Shown here piece by piece: positions 35,241-47,670 of a stretch of 64,000 nt of DNA. Under the pieces are notes generated by a model. It was not told the origin of the DNA and searched no databases. It saw only the letters and a program-made list of their open reading frames with translations. The DNA is from Macrostomum lignano. Its lineage: Eukaryota. Location: assembly GCA_002269645.1 (NCBI GenBank), contig NIVC01001894.1, positions 194,843 through 258,842 of the forward strand, in the 5' to 3' direction. A program made the position numbers and the translations under genes. How positions within the stretch are numbered: position 1 is the first letter of the stretch; each line of letters begins with the position of its first letter.

Positions 35241-35839
35241 AAGTGGCCCTCTCAAGCCTACGACCTCTTGGTAAGAATCTGGTTTAATAAAAGATTCAGT
35301 GGCTACTAATATAAAATAACATACTCAACTACTAAAAGTAGGCGTACGGCTTACTACTGTCGATAGAAGCACATCACTCTCCTAGTTAGGCAGTCCAACT
35401 GCACCTGCTTTTGATTTCGTAATGTGATAAAGAGCTGCATGCTCAGTGCAGTGAGCTGTGCAAATTGCAAATGCAATCTAAGAAGCAAATGTCAGCTACG
35501 AGGTCGCAATTGTCGGGTGAGGGCAGCCAAACCCAGAGGAGGCTCGCAAACTCAAAACAGCCACCACCCCAACACTTTCCTAATATGGCAGCCGGCAGGG
35601 GTTGCCCTCTCCGATTCATAGAAGCATTAATAAAGCATATACGCTCGTATCTATTTTTGTCTTGCTGTCCTCTGCTTTTAAATGGTAATAATTTTTTTAA
35701 AAGAACCGACTTGCTGGCCGGTGGAAGAAATTTGAGTGCAGACTGCTGAGTAGGTGGCCAGCCGCTTTAAATCGGGGGCTAACAAAATTTTTTACATCAG
35801 GGGCCAGATAAATAATCCCATGGCTGCGGGCCAGATCAG

Positions 35840-36330
35840 AGAGAAAAAGAGAGGGAATAGAGGAGAGAGGAGAGAGGAGAGAGAAGGGGAGATGAGAGAA
35901 GAAGAGAGAGAAGAGAGAGGAAAGATGAGAGATGAGAGAGGAAAGAGGGGAAAGAGGAGAGAAGAGGGAGAGAGAGAAGTGAAGGAAGAAGGGAGAGAGG
36001 AGAGGAGAGAGAGGGGAGAGAAGAGGAGAGGGGAGAAAGGAGAGAAGAAAGAGATGGGAGAGAGGAGAGGAGAGGGGAGAAAGGAGAGAAGAAAGAGATG
36101 GGAGAGAGGAGAGGAAAGAGAAGGGAGAGAAGAGGAGAGGGGAGAAAGGAGAGAAGAAAGAGATGGGAGAGAGGAGAGGAGAGAGGGGAGAGAAGAGGAG
36201 AGGGGAGATAAGAGGAGAGGGGAGAAAGGAGAGAAGAAAGAGATGGGAGAGGAGAGGAGAGAGAGGGGAGAGAAGAGGAGAGGGGAGAAAGGAGAGAAGA
36301 AAGAGATGGGAGAGAGGAGAGAAGAGAGGA
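35840..36330. repeat. Polypurine (GA-rich) low-complexity tract
   Basis: Almost only A/G on + strand. Confidence 0.92.
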
Positions 36331-37599
36331 TGCCGACCCATGCTTTAAACCTTGCCGGTTAAATTTCAGTTCAAGCCAAGCCCAGCTAAAGCCAAACAAA
36401 TTCAAGCTATTAATAAATAAAAAAATAAATAAATAGCTTTCCAGCTTGTGACATTTTAAGCTGGCGACAGCGACCCAAACCATCATATCAAGCTAGCATG
36501 TTTCTAGCAGATTCAAAGTTTGCAGTGCAGCTTTGCAGGATACATACAAAGTAATATGTGGATGCCTATATTAAGCCAATATATCTATAGTTGCATTCGA
36601 TTCCACACTGAGAAAATGGTCGGTCCCACGCAGTCTCTTAGCCTCTTCTCGCCTATGCACCAGCTAATAGAAGCAGAGAGAGCAGTCAGCAGCAGCAGCT
36701 GTCGCATTATCTGGAAAACTATTTGCTGCTTGTTTAACACTTGACGAGAGACAAGAAGCAGATGCAGCGCTCTAGACTGTAAAGTCCCTCTGGAGCATAA
36801 AAATAAAATAAATAAATCACGTTTCCATGCAGACTAGGCGATCGTAGCATTTCTGTATATTTGCACTGTTCGACCTTTATTTTTATCAATACATTTAGTT
36901 CAGCAATGCAGACTAGAAAATGCAATTTGCCGAGCTTTGAGACTTTCTGCAGCTAAAAATAGATCTGAGTCAATGCCAGTTCGGCTTTATTGTAGCTACT
37001 CATTTTCTGCAGATGAAGAGAAATTATCGGATCAAGGACATTGTCGGATGCGGATATGGGATATAAGCGCTAGACGCCCCCAATATCCCCAATGCCAATC
37101 AATATGCTCTAGACTCAGACAGAAATGAGTCTGCCTGGACTGAGTCATGCTGCATCGCTCACATGGGAAAAGCAGGAAAGGCCTCCATTACTACGCAGCA
37201 TCGGGGCGTGGGAATTGGGAAGGAAATTTCTTGTACAACTGACTGCCGGCCGCCGTCTTTGGCCTCGAATCCTTATCAGTCGGCTTGACTTTTCTGCCCT
37301 TCATGCACTTCCCCGGGCTGAGAGGAAGTTCGCTTACATCAATTGAGCCAACTGCACGTTAGTAATCATGCGTTATTAAGTCCTTTTTCTAAAAGAATAG
37401 ATGCGTGGGCGTTTTTATTTGACCAATTTGGCCGCAACTTTAATCGATGCGCCGTGACGGTTGTTAAAAGGATTAATAGGCCTCATAACGTTATGATGTC
37501 ATGGATTGGCTCAGTCCCGCTCAATCAGGGATTCTGAGTACGTTGCTTTTTGCTGCCCAAAGTAACCGAGAAAATTAATATGGAAAAAGTCTATTCAAG

Positions 37600-37880
37600 A
37601 GATAGATAGAAAGAGCAGAGAGGTGAGAGAACAGAGAGGAAAGAGAGAAGAGGTGAGAGAACAGAGAGGAAAGAGAGAAGAGGTGAGAGAGAGTAGAGGT
37701 GAGAAAAAGCAGAGGAGAGAGCAGGGAGGTAAAAAACAGTAGAGGTAAAAGAGTAGATGTGAGAGAACAGGGGTGAGAGAGTAGAGGTGAGAAAAAGAAT
37801 AGGAAAGAGAGCAGATAGGTAAGGGAGAGTAGAGGTGAGAGTAGAGATAAGGAGTAGATGTGAGTGAGCCAAGGTGAGAG
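37600..37880. repeat. GA-rich degenerate repeat
   Basis: AGAGGTGAGAGA-type units. Confidence 0.8.
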
Positions 37881-38239
37881 CATACAGAAAAAGCGAAAAT
37901 GAGAAATTGAGAATGAATCCACACCGTGAGAAGGAAACAGGAAACTGAAATGTGAAACCAATTATCTAGATGCCCATTAAGAATGAGCTTATAGCGCCTA
38001 GAGACGCCAATTTCGGGCATGCAATATTTATGACAAGATAAGAGAAAGTTGCGATGCATTGAGCTTGAGCGATGCCAAGTGAAGCTGTGCGGCGATGACG
38101 CAATCAAATTATTACGTAACCATTCCCCAGATTTAGTGGCCACTTAAAAATAGGTGGCGAGGCTACAGGCCTCATCGTTGTTGGACAGCAGGTTGGGCCT
38201 TGAAATATATTTGAGCTAGCTTTATTAAAGTATTAAAGC

Positions 38240-38460
38240 ACAGCTATTGCGCGGCGCATCAGAAGGCTGCGTACGGCTGTTCAGTCCAAGGACTGGGGGG
38301 TCGCCACACACAGCCTCAATTACCCCAGCTAATGCTGGCACCCATTTTACAGCTGGGTGAACTGAAGCAATGCAGAGTTAAGTGTCTTGCTCAAGGGCAC
38401 GAACTGTTCCCGAGCGGGTCGAGAATCGAATCCCCGACCTACAGTCCCTTAGAGAGCAGG
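38240..38460 (-). mobile_element. 5'-truncated tRNA-derived SINE with CORE-like domain
   Basis: Minus strand GGATTCGATTC (B-box-like) then GTGCCCTTGAGCAAGACACTTAACTCT..GCTTCAGTT..CTGTAAAATGGG, resembling the CORE/MIR-type central domain. Confidence 0.65.
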
Positions 38461-38879
38461 GATAAAAAAGGCACAGTCGAATAAGAAGGCCGGTAATAAA
38501 AGAAGAGCCTCATAAAAGCGGCACCTTTCCATAACAAATCATGGTGAACTGAAGGCAATAAACTTTGAAAACCGGACAGGCCACAGCGGTGGGTAGTGAA
38601 CTGGAGGTTGTAAAATTGATCAAAATTAATCTTATTAGCAAATCTATAATTGCAGCAACAATGCTGTGGTATGCCTTGGTCAGTACGTCACCTAAACAAG
38701 ATTTGCCATGTGCTGCCATTTCAGATTTTGCTAAAAGCTGCATCTATTTTTGGTTCGATACTCCCTCGTTAAAAGAGTAAATAAACCATAGGAAAACTGA
38801 ATATATCCCTCGTCAGCTAATTAGTGCAGGTTTTCGATAACACAACTGCTTTCAAATTAGTTGGAAATTGTTTGCTTAC

Positions 38880-39120
38880 CTGCGTTTTAGTTAAGGCGAA
38901 TAGTCGTCTCCTTCCAGTTCTGATTGACAGCACAGGACCGCTGCCAACAGTGGCATTGTCAAACAGGTAGCTTTGGCGCTGGCTGAGCACACTGTAGTGC
39001 AGCAGCTCGCCAGCTGAAGTGCCAATGTAGAGCACTGTGGCGCCATTCTGCAGAGGCAGCACAGCCACAGATGTAATGTTCACGGAGACGTCTACGCTGG
39101 CTATGAAGTTGGTCTGGTAT
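38880..39120 (-). CDS. Plexin exon 4 (end of Sema domain)
   Basis: ITSVAV...TVLYIGTSAGELL...LFALTKTQ; donor CAG|GTAAGC. Confidence 0.9.
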
Positions 39121-39194
39121 CTGGCGGACGGAGGCAAGGGAAAGGAGAGGTGTTATTGTTGATGTAATGTTATTATAGCGAGCGAAATAGAAGC

Positions 39195-39680
39195 ACGTAG
39201 GGAGTGACAGAGATAAGCATGGAGTGAAAGAGAGAAGAAGGGAGTGACAGAGAGAAGCAGGGAGTGACAGAGAAGCAGAGAGTGACAGCGATAAGCAGGG
39301 AGTGACAGACAGAAGCAGGGAGTGACAGAGAGAAGCAGGGAGTGACAGAGAAAAACAGGGAGTGACAGAGAGAAGCAGGGAGTGACAGCGAGAAGCAGGG
39401 AGTGACAGAGAGAAGCAGGGAGTGACAGGGAGAAGCAGGGAGTGACAGGGAAACAGGGAGTGACAGAAGACGCAGGGAGTGACAGAGAGGCAGGGAGTGA
39501 CAGGGAGAAGCAGGGAGTGACAGAGAGGCAGGGAGTGACAGAGAGAAGCAGGGAGTGACAGCGAGAAGCAGGGAGTGACAGAGAGAAGCAGGGAGTGACA
39601 GACAGAAGCAGGCAGTGACAGAAAGAAGCAGGGAGTGACAGACAGAAGCAGGGAGTGACAGACAGAAGCAGGGAGTGGCA
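39195..39680. repeat. 20-bp minisatellite (GGGAGTGACAGAGAGAAGCA)n
   Basis: About 24 copies. Confidence 0.94.
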
Positions 39681-39707
39681 GAAAATGTAGTGACGGCCGA
39701 GGCCCAC

Positions 39708-40041
39708 CTGTGCTGCTCCTTCAATCCGACCATGCCCCCCCACTCAGGCTGAGGTTGGAACGGCGTGCACTGCGGCGGTGCGGGCGCGTCGCTCTCCGCC
39801 GGCTGGGTCTCGAACCCCCTGCCCGGACACTTGGTCGGGTCGCGTATGTAGGCCGGACCAAAGTAGGCCTGGCCTTGCAGACAGTCCACAACAATGCGAT
39901 TTAGGCGGGCGTTAATGGAGGAGATTGGCACGGCGCAAACGCCCTGGTGCCAGTTGGAGATGCTGGAGTCGAACACTCGGCTGGATAGAAAGAGTACAGA
40001 TTCGGTTGCCGGGATGCCCAGCGATGCCGCCAGCTGGCCGC
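39708..40041 (-). CDS. Plexin exon 3 (Sema domain)
   Basis: GVCAVPISSINARLNRIVVDCLQG; acceptor ACCGCAG| phase 1, donor AG|GTGGGC. Confidence 0.87.
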
Positions 40042-40179
40042 CTGCGGTACAGACATTTTTCAGGTCAATTGTAGGAATTCGGATAGGAATGAGTTACGAT
40101 TTGTTCTCGTTTAATTCGTTTCTTACTAACTTCCGGCTTCCGACTTCCGGCTAAACTCCTCAACAAGTTTCGTGCTTCC

Positions 40180-40350
<171 letters not shown>

Positions 40351-41433
40351 GTTCATACACTATCTGATCATTTGGATCATTCGTTATTGAACAAAAATTC
40401 CAGAAAGACATTTCCATTAGCATTTTTTCGAATGACAGTTCTCATGTGCAGACAAAGTGGAAGCAATCATACGCTAGAATGCCAATTGAAACATGGAGAG
40501 CTAAATTTAACTATTATTGTACTGTTACTCGTAGCTGCACAGGTACAATCACACCCGTACACTATAGGATTGTTTTCAGTGCAGTCTGCAGCCGCTAGCC
40601 AGCATGGAGCTAAGCGAATGTACACGTGAATTGGAAAGAGCCGAGAGACCCCAACTCTACCTAAACACGAAAGCAGTTTATAGCAAACCCTGGCATTGGG
40701 GATTCGGATCAGAAGAGGAGTGGGGCTGGCTTGGCATAAAGGAAAAACGCATTAGGTTTAAAAACATACGAGGCCGCTTACTAAAGGCTGATCCAAAAAG
40801 CGAGACAGTAAGTACTAATAAATTATGAGAGCGCTCAGTCCCCTGTGCAGTCAGGTAGGAAAGGAGACGCAATGCACAAACTCCAACAGATTAATTCCGT
40901 CGGTAGCAAATTTCCAAGTAGCAATCGGACACTTGAGGCTAAAAAGTGCACATCGCAGCGGGTCCGGCCTGTCAATCGAAATTCTCCCGCTATGGGACTT
41001 TGGGGTGAGGACGACTGGGAGGTCCGTTTGCCAACTCTTGGGTTAGTGAACTGCGTGCATATCGAACATTGTACACTCATTATACTGAAATAGTATTTTA
41101 TGTACCATAAACTTTATTCACGAAACCACCTACCTATATAATAGGTCCCAGATCCTCATTTCCCGACTAATAATTGGTCTCTAATTGAAAGGTAGATTCA
41201 TCAAGATTTTTGTAGATTTAGAACATTTTAAACCTGGACCCCCTCCCTGATTCAGTAATCCGAATCTCTAACTCTGGTCGCCTAAGTTTTTAATCCGGAC
41301 ACCCTGATTATTGAACCCGGACACCCTGATTATTGAACCCGGACACCCTGATCATTGAAAATCGTTGATACTTTCTTTAAGCCTACGTCGTAGGTACGAG
41401 TAAATTGTCAAATCAGTTCAATTAGAAACCTAC

Positions 41434-41572
41434 CGGCCTTAGTAAAGATGGCCGCCTCGCCAATGTAGCCGTACGTGGCGGTGGGATCAGCGTCTGCATG
41501 GCTGCAGTAGATGTGCATCTCAACGTAGCCAGTCATGTACACATCGCGAGTGCATAGGCGACCGATTCGCAC
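41434..41572 (-). CDS. Plexin exon 2 (Sema domain)
   Basis: VRIGRLCTRDVYMTGYVEMHIYC (cf. SRxxRxCxxD..SY.E..L.C); donor G|GTAGGT. Confidence 0.9.
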
Positions 41573-41594
41573 CTGCGGCGGGATTCGGGTGACG

Positions 41595-42118
41595 AACACG
41601 GTTATTGGGAAATGGGATCTGGAACACGGTTATTGGGAAGTGGGGATCGGGAACGCGGTTATTGGGAAGTGGGGATTGGGAACACGGTTATTGGGAAGTG
41701 GGGATCGCCAAAACGGTTATTGGGAAGTGGGGATCGGGAACGCGGTTATTGGGAAGTGGGGATTGGGAACACGGTTATTGGGAAGTGGGGATCGGGAACG
41801 CGGTTATTGGGAAGTGGGGATCGGGAACGCGGTTATTGGGAAGTGGGGATCGGGAACGCGGTTATTGGGAAGTGGGGATTGGGAACACGGTTATTGGGAA
41901 GTGGGGATCGGGAACACGGTTATTGGGAAGTGGGGATCGGAAACGCGGTTATTGGGAAGTGGGGATTGGGAAAACGGTTATTGGGAAGTGGGGATTGGGA
42001 ACACGGTTATTGGGAAGTGGGGATCGGGAACATGGTTATTGGGAAGTGGGGATCGGGAACGCGGTTATTGGGAAGTGGGGATTGGGAACACGGTTATTGG
42101 GAAGTGGGGATCGGGACA
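41595..42118. repeat. 29-bp G-rich minisatellite (GGTTATTGGGAAGTGGGGATCGGGAACGC)n
   Basis: About 18 copies. Confidence 0.95.
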
Positions 42119-42151
42119 CAAAATTTTTGTCAGATCTGCCTCAGGACGCAC

Positions 42152-43021
42152 CTGAGAGAACTGGGAGCTGACAACCTCTCTGGCAGTGAGCAGGAAGTAG
42201 ACGTACTCGTGCGGACCATCAGTGTACTTGAATGAGTAGTGATACGATAACGCGTTAGGCCTGCGTTTGCTGTTATGCGGCAGAATCTCCGAGTGGAAAG
42301 CTGAGAAGCTGCCAATTCGAAACAATTGCAGCGTTTTTAATTCAACTATGCTGATGACGGACTCGACCGTGTTTTCTAGATTTTTCGTGCTGCAAAATGG
42401 CATAGAGAGGTACAGGCCATTGTTGCTCTTAGTGTCGGATGAGATGTACTTCGGCGCTACAGTGAGCTGCGTTTTAGCCGCCTCGTTTCGACACAGAAGA
42501 CTTCGAGATAAGTGTTGCAACTTTCTGTCAATCTCGGTGAAGTTCACTGACAATGGTCCGTCTGTCAGAGGGGCTGCAGCGCAAGAGCTGCTTAAATAGG
42601 ACATGCAGAAATACAAGCTGCCATTGTGCAAAGTCATAGCCTTAATGTAGTTGTCCATGGAATGAATTTGACATTTCAATTTGTTGATGCCCATAATATT
42701 TGGCTGCATCTGTATGGGCGAGCACACGGTGGAGTCATTCCTGGGCCCAATCTGGGTGATGTACTTTTCACTGAAGTCGGCTCGCATATTAATAAGCTGA
42801 TTGGTCTGCGCTACGGCTAGGAATTCAACGCCTCGAAAGTCGTAGAGCTCCATGTGGCTGAAGCTGTGACCAGGATATGACGTCGCCTCGTCGGAAAAGG
42901 CCAGGCCGGAAGTCCGACTGGATGTCAGCAGCAGCACAGTTAGCAGCGGAAGCAGACTCTGCAGCAATAGTAGCCGCTTTGACGCCGTCGCAACGGCAGC
43001 AGCAGAGATTGTCGGGCGCAT
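42152..43021 (-). CDS. Plexin exon 1 (signal peptide + Sema domain); full CDS 43021-17740, 17 exons, about 2190 aa
   Basis: Hydrophobic signal LLLLQSLLPLLTVLLLTS, GPRNDSTVC, DNYIKAM, YHYSFKY...YVYF; donor CAG|GTGCGT; all 17 exon phases sum to 6573 nt in one frame. Subclass not assigned. Confidence 0.85.
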
Positions 43022-44709
43022 TATGCAAGTCGCCGTGCGCTTGGTTGAGTCAGAGTCCGGCGACTGCCGGATGTGCAGTGAAAAACATTCGGTTTCAAAG
43101 TCTGCGGGTAGCGGGATCGGTGTGACGCAGCAGTGGGCTTCCGATGCACTATTATTCAGTTCAGATTGGCGTTGGGCAATTAGCTTAGCTACTATGCCAT
43201 TATAAAACTGCATCAATCATATTTTATAATGGGCCAAAAACGCGACGCGCACGCAAGCAGGCACCCTGTTAGTATTAGTTGTTAAATCAAGTTTTATGAA
43301 CAGAGTTTATAGCTAGCCAGCTGTGCGCCATCTGATTAGGGAATTTCTTCGTTAAAGATTGTTGGACAACGCTAAATAGTTCTTTATCTCCTATCAAAGA
43401 TTCTATAGGATAACTTGATTCTTGGACAGGCTTTATCAAGAATATGAGCCCATCATGCGCCCAACGAGCGACAAGAGAAATCCTGAAAAATCTTGTGCAT
43501 AAGGCCAAGGACCAACAATAAATGTAAGGGAAGTGAACTCAGGATGACTCACGACTCTTGCTCATTGAGAAAAGCAGCTGAGCTGACCCTTTCGGCCTGG
43601 CTAGCTTCACATCGATCGATTATTTAACCCAAGTTAGCTTTTAATTTTCTTTTAAGACTGACTATACAGACTGAATACAGCGACCAGCATTTGAACTTCT
43701 CTTTAGCCGAAAAAACACAATTCAAGACACGAGACACTTTATTATTCAAGACATTACACACCGCAATTTGCTAAATAGTAAGGGGGCTTGCTTTCTCAGA
43801 TTAAATATCTCTATAAACAGTTAAACCACACTTACCAGACTTGTTCCTTCCTTTTGATTTTAGTTTCTACTAGATATTATCTTCTGGCTATAGAAGTATA
43901 GACTATAGTTGTGTTTAAGTTGCCTATCGGAAACGACAATTTCTCCGCTGAATGCAGTACCAAAATATCAGTCTTGATGGGTAAGCGTGTCTTTCTTTTC
44001 AAGCTTTAAGCTGTGCTTGCTTGTGAAACTGAATTAAAATGCAATGAGCATTGAGCAATGTGTGGGCGGGAAATACAGCAAAGAACAAAAAGAAGCACTT
44101 CGTTTCGTCTCCTAAGCTCGGGGTTTTTAACCAATGAATTGAGGGGACCTCCAAAGCTCCAGAATTCGGGCCATATGCTCCTCTAGTTTACGCCCTTTCC
44201 TTTCCATTTCAATTCACCCCTTTCTAAAAGCTTCTATCTATGACTCCACTCGGGTGGACGGCTGCGATGAACGCGGCCTCGTGTGTACATTTGCAATGTA
44301 CATCTATTTGCAAAGTGCGGGGTGGGTGCAGCGGGGGGCAGTTAGGGCAATAAAAACTAGAAAAGAGTTTGGTTTGTTCAGTCAGTCTGCGACTGTTAAT
44401 GTTAAGCTTAATCTTCGACAAATGCAAATGTCGTTTTTTAAATCACGTGACTGAATTTCAGCAGCAGGCCAATACCAATACTAATAAACCTCCTGATGCA
44501 ATAATAATCTTTAGTAAACCTCCCTAGTTTAGGCTGTTTAAGAAAAATACAAATCGTTAACTTAACTGGGCTGATCGGAACAAGTGAACAACAGAGGGTC
44601 CACTCCAGTTAGAGTATAATTGTTTAAAATTTAAACTACTACATTCTCATGCTACTGCAGTAATGCTCATACTATATATTTTGAAAAACAGTAAAAAACT
44701 AGGTCAAAA

Positions 44710-44813
44710 ACCGGACTTTTCCAATCCCGAAAAAATCGCTAAAATCGGGATCCCGAAGGTTAATATTGGGATATCCCAGACATAGATGCCAAATGCCGGG
44801 ATTGACTTCCCCT
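44710..44813. mobile_element. Orphan hAT-like terminal fragment
   Basis: Repeated ATCCCG/CGGGAT subterminal motifs ending CCGGGATTGACTTCCCTA, similar to the TIR at 28707. Confidence 0.4.
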
Positions 44814-46764
44814 AGTGTAGTGCTGGATTGATTTTATTAAAATAATTGTGTCAACAGTAGTATGCAGGACTGCATGTAGCACAAAGGCCCGTCCCGTCCG
44901 TCCTAAGCTTTTGTTCTCATCTCTCATCTCTGAAAAGCTCATAATTTTTTTTGTCTTTGTATACTTACTTTACATACTGAGCATTAGAAAAAAGAACTCA
45001 ATCGGCCGTGTTTCATTTTCTCAGCGCGCACGCACGCAGTGACGAGCTCGGAGTTCTAACAAAGACGATATGAGTACGAATTCTTAAACAATTCTCGGCC
45101 CTCAGTCTAGTGCTTTAGTGTCACCTTCCAGTGAATGAAACGTACAGAATTTAACCTTTTATTCCTGCTCCGGCTTGCCCATAATTTAAATTCCATGTTG
45201 CGATGCATCGTTCACTTAACTTGGTGCTTACTGAGTCATTCTGATGCCAAATATTAATTCTTATATAGCCGAGTCATACAAAAGAACAGTCAGGCTTGTT
45301 ATAGTATGATACTTTTATTGTTATGGTTATAGTCAGAGATTAGCGATTCAAATTCGTGACACTCTGTCAGTGGTGAATGTTGATTGACTGAAAATCTATT
45401 AGTTGAATTTAAGCCTGTTAGCCTGACACTACACAACATTGCAGTTCAGTAGATAATTCTGTATAGTATAAAAACTAAGGACTTCATTATTAAACTTACC
45501 TTAGCAATCGATTTTAGCAGAGCTGTAGGAGTTATCGGCTTTGCTTCAATATAGTAGGTAAATATAAATATAAATATACGCTGATATAAGGTTACCAATT
45601 TACAACACTTTGAGGGCTTTTTAGGCCGTCGGAATACTTTAAATCTTATATTGTATGGTTTCCAAGAGCTTACCGAAGTGAAGTATGCAAGCTATGGGGA
45701 TTAGGGGACGAGAGGAGAGAATGGGTCAAAGCGCCGCGTCGGTGGGTCGGCTTGCGTCAGCTGTATAGACAGTGGAATCCTTTGCCGGGGGTGAAGGCAG
45801 GGATTGGGAGAACTATGCTTAGTTTGGAGGTAAGGGAGGACTATAGCAGTTGCGGATTGTAAAGTTTCGGCAAGGAGGAGGGCTGTTGTAAGGGATTTCA
45901 AAAATGAATGAGGAGCTTGCGCTGTGCGCTGGTGCTGCCTAGGTCTTCTTCCTTCCTTCTCCCCTCCAAAGCCCCAGTTAAACTTTCTATATATAAAGCC
46001 CTTGCGTGGTCCTCCTCGCGCTTCCCCAGCCAATTGGGTGTGAGCAGTTTGCGGACAGGCTGAGGCTGTGCATGGAGTGGCTGCAGGGGGAGCCCTCATA
46101 ACATGGTGAAATGAGTCGTCCACACAATATCCAGATGCTCATGGCTGGCCATTGAATCAGAGCGTGTTCTGCATCCCATTATTTGCTGATACTAAAATAG
46201 CCTTCCCAGCTACAGTGGCAACTCCGTCCACCTGTGTACACGATGAGGTGGATTGTAAAATGCTAATAAGATAATCCATAGCTGATGATGGAGATTGGGG
46301 AACTGGAAGTTTTCCCTTGAATCGCTTGTTCCGTATCGATCGATTCAAAAGCAGTCTTCAGTCTCACAAGAAAGATCTTAGTGGATATTGAAAGAATTCA
46401 TTCAGGTCAAATCTTTTGAACTATCTTGCCCATCCGGATTTGCTAGCGCATTTAATCAAAACGAGTTTAATTGAAAAAAAGAATTTACATTCACAATTTA
46501 ATTTGAAACTTGGTGCTTGAGCGTGACAAGTCTCAGTATTGGCATTGGGCAAAACAACAGCTGCAGTTCACAAAGGCCAAAGTTTACAGCAAAATCGATA
46601 ATCCAATCTTATCCATCCAGCTGTTTTCTTTCTCCAAACAGACTCGACTCGCTCCACAGCGCTCCATAAATGCACAGCTCCTCTACGAGCGTACATGTAT
46701 TATGACTCTCATACACATCATCTGTGAATACCCTTTCAACAATGGTACCCACCAGTTAAACAAC

Positions 46765-47670
46765 ACCGGCGTGTTTGACATCAGTTCCCACTAGTTTGAC
46801 ATCAGTTCCCACGTGTTTGACATCAGTTCCCACTTGTTTGACGTCAGTACCCACTATAGTTTGACATCAGTTGTTAGACATCAGTTCCCACTAGTTTGAC
46901 ATCAGTTCCCACGTGTTTGACATCAGTTCCCACGTGTTTGACGTCAGTACCCACTATAGTTTGACATCAGTTCCCACGTGTTTGACGTCAGTTCCCACTT
47001 GTTAGACATCAGTTCCCACTAGTTTGACATCAGTTCCCACTAGTTTGACATCAGTTCCCACTAGTTTGACATCAGTTCCCACTAGTTTGACATCAGTTCC
47101 CACTAGTTTGACATCAGTTCCCACTTGTTAGACATCAGTTCCCACTAGTTTGACGTCAGTTCCCACTAGTTTGACATCAGTTCCCACTTTTTAGACATCA
47201 GTTCCCACTAGTTTGACATCAGTTCCCACTAGTTTGACATCAGTTCCCACTAGTTTGACATCAGTTCCCACTAGTTTGACATCAGTTCCCACTAGTTTGA
47301 CATCAGTTCCCACTAGTTTGACATCAGTTCCCACTAGTTTGACATCAGTTCCCACTTGTTAGACATCAGTTCCCACTAGTTTGACATCAGTTCCCACTAG
47401 TTTGACATCAGTTCCCACTTTTTAGACATCAGTTCCCACTAGTTTGACATCAGTTCCCACTAGTTTGACATCAGTTCCCACTAGTTTGACATCAGTTCCC
47501 ACTAGTTTGACATCAGTTCCCACTAGTTTGACATCAGTTCCCACTAGTTTGACATCAGTTCCCACTAGTTTGACATCAGTTCCCACTAGTTTGACATCAG
47601 TTCCCACTAGTTTGACATCAGTTCCCACTTGTTAGACATCAGTTCCCACTAGTTTGACATCAGTTCCCAC
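46765..47670. repeat. 21-bp minisatellite (GTTTGACATCAGTTCCCACTA)n
   Basis: About 42 copies. Confidence 0.96.

Noticed and set aside
36937-37537. Three short + ORFs with overlapping stop/start codons, operon-like
   Set aside because: No recognisable domains, no codon bias, intronic location; expected by chance
43022-43216. Upstream in-frame ATGs extending plexin by 65 aa
   Set aside because: Would bury the signal peptide; ATG 43021 fits better, although a longer N-terminus is not excluded
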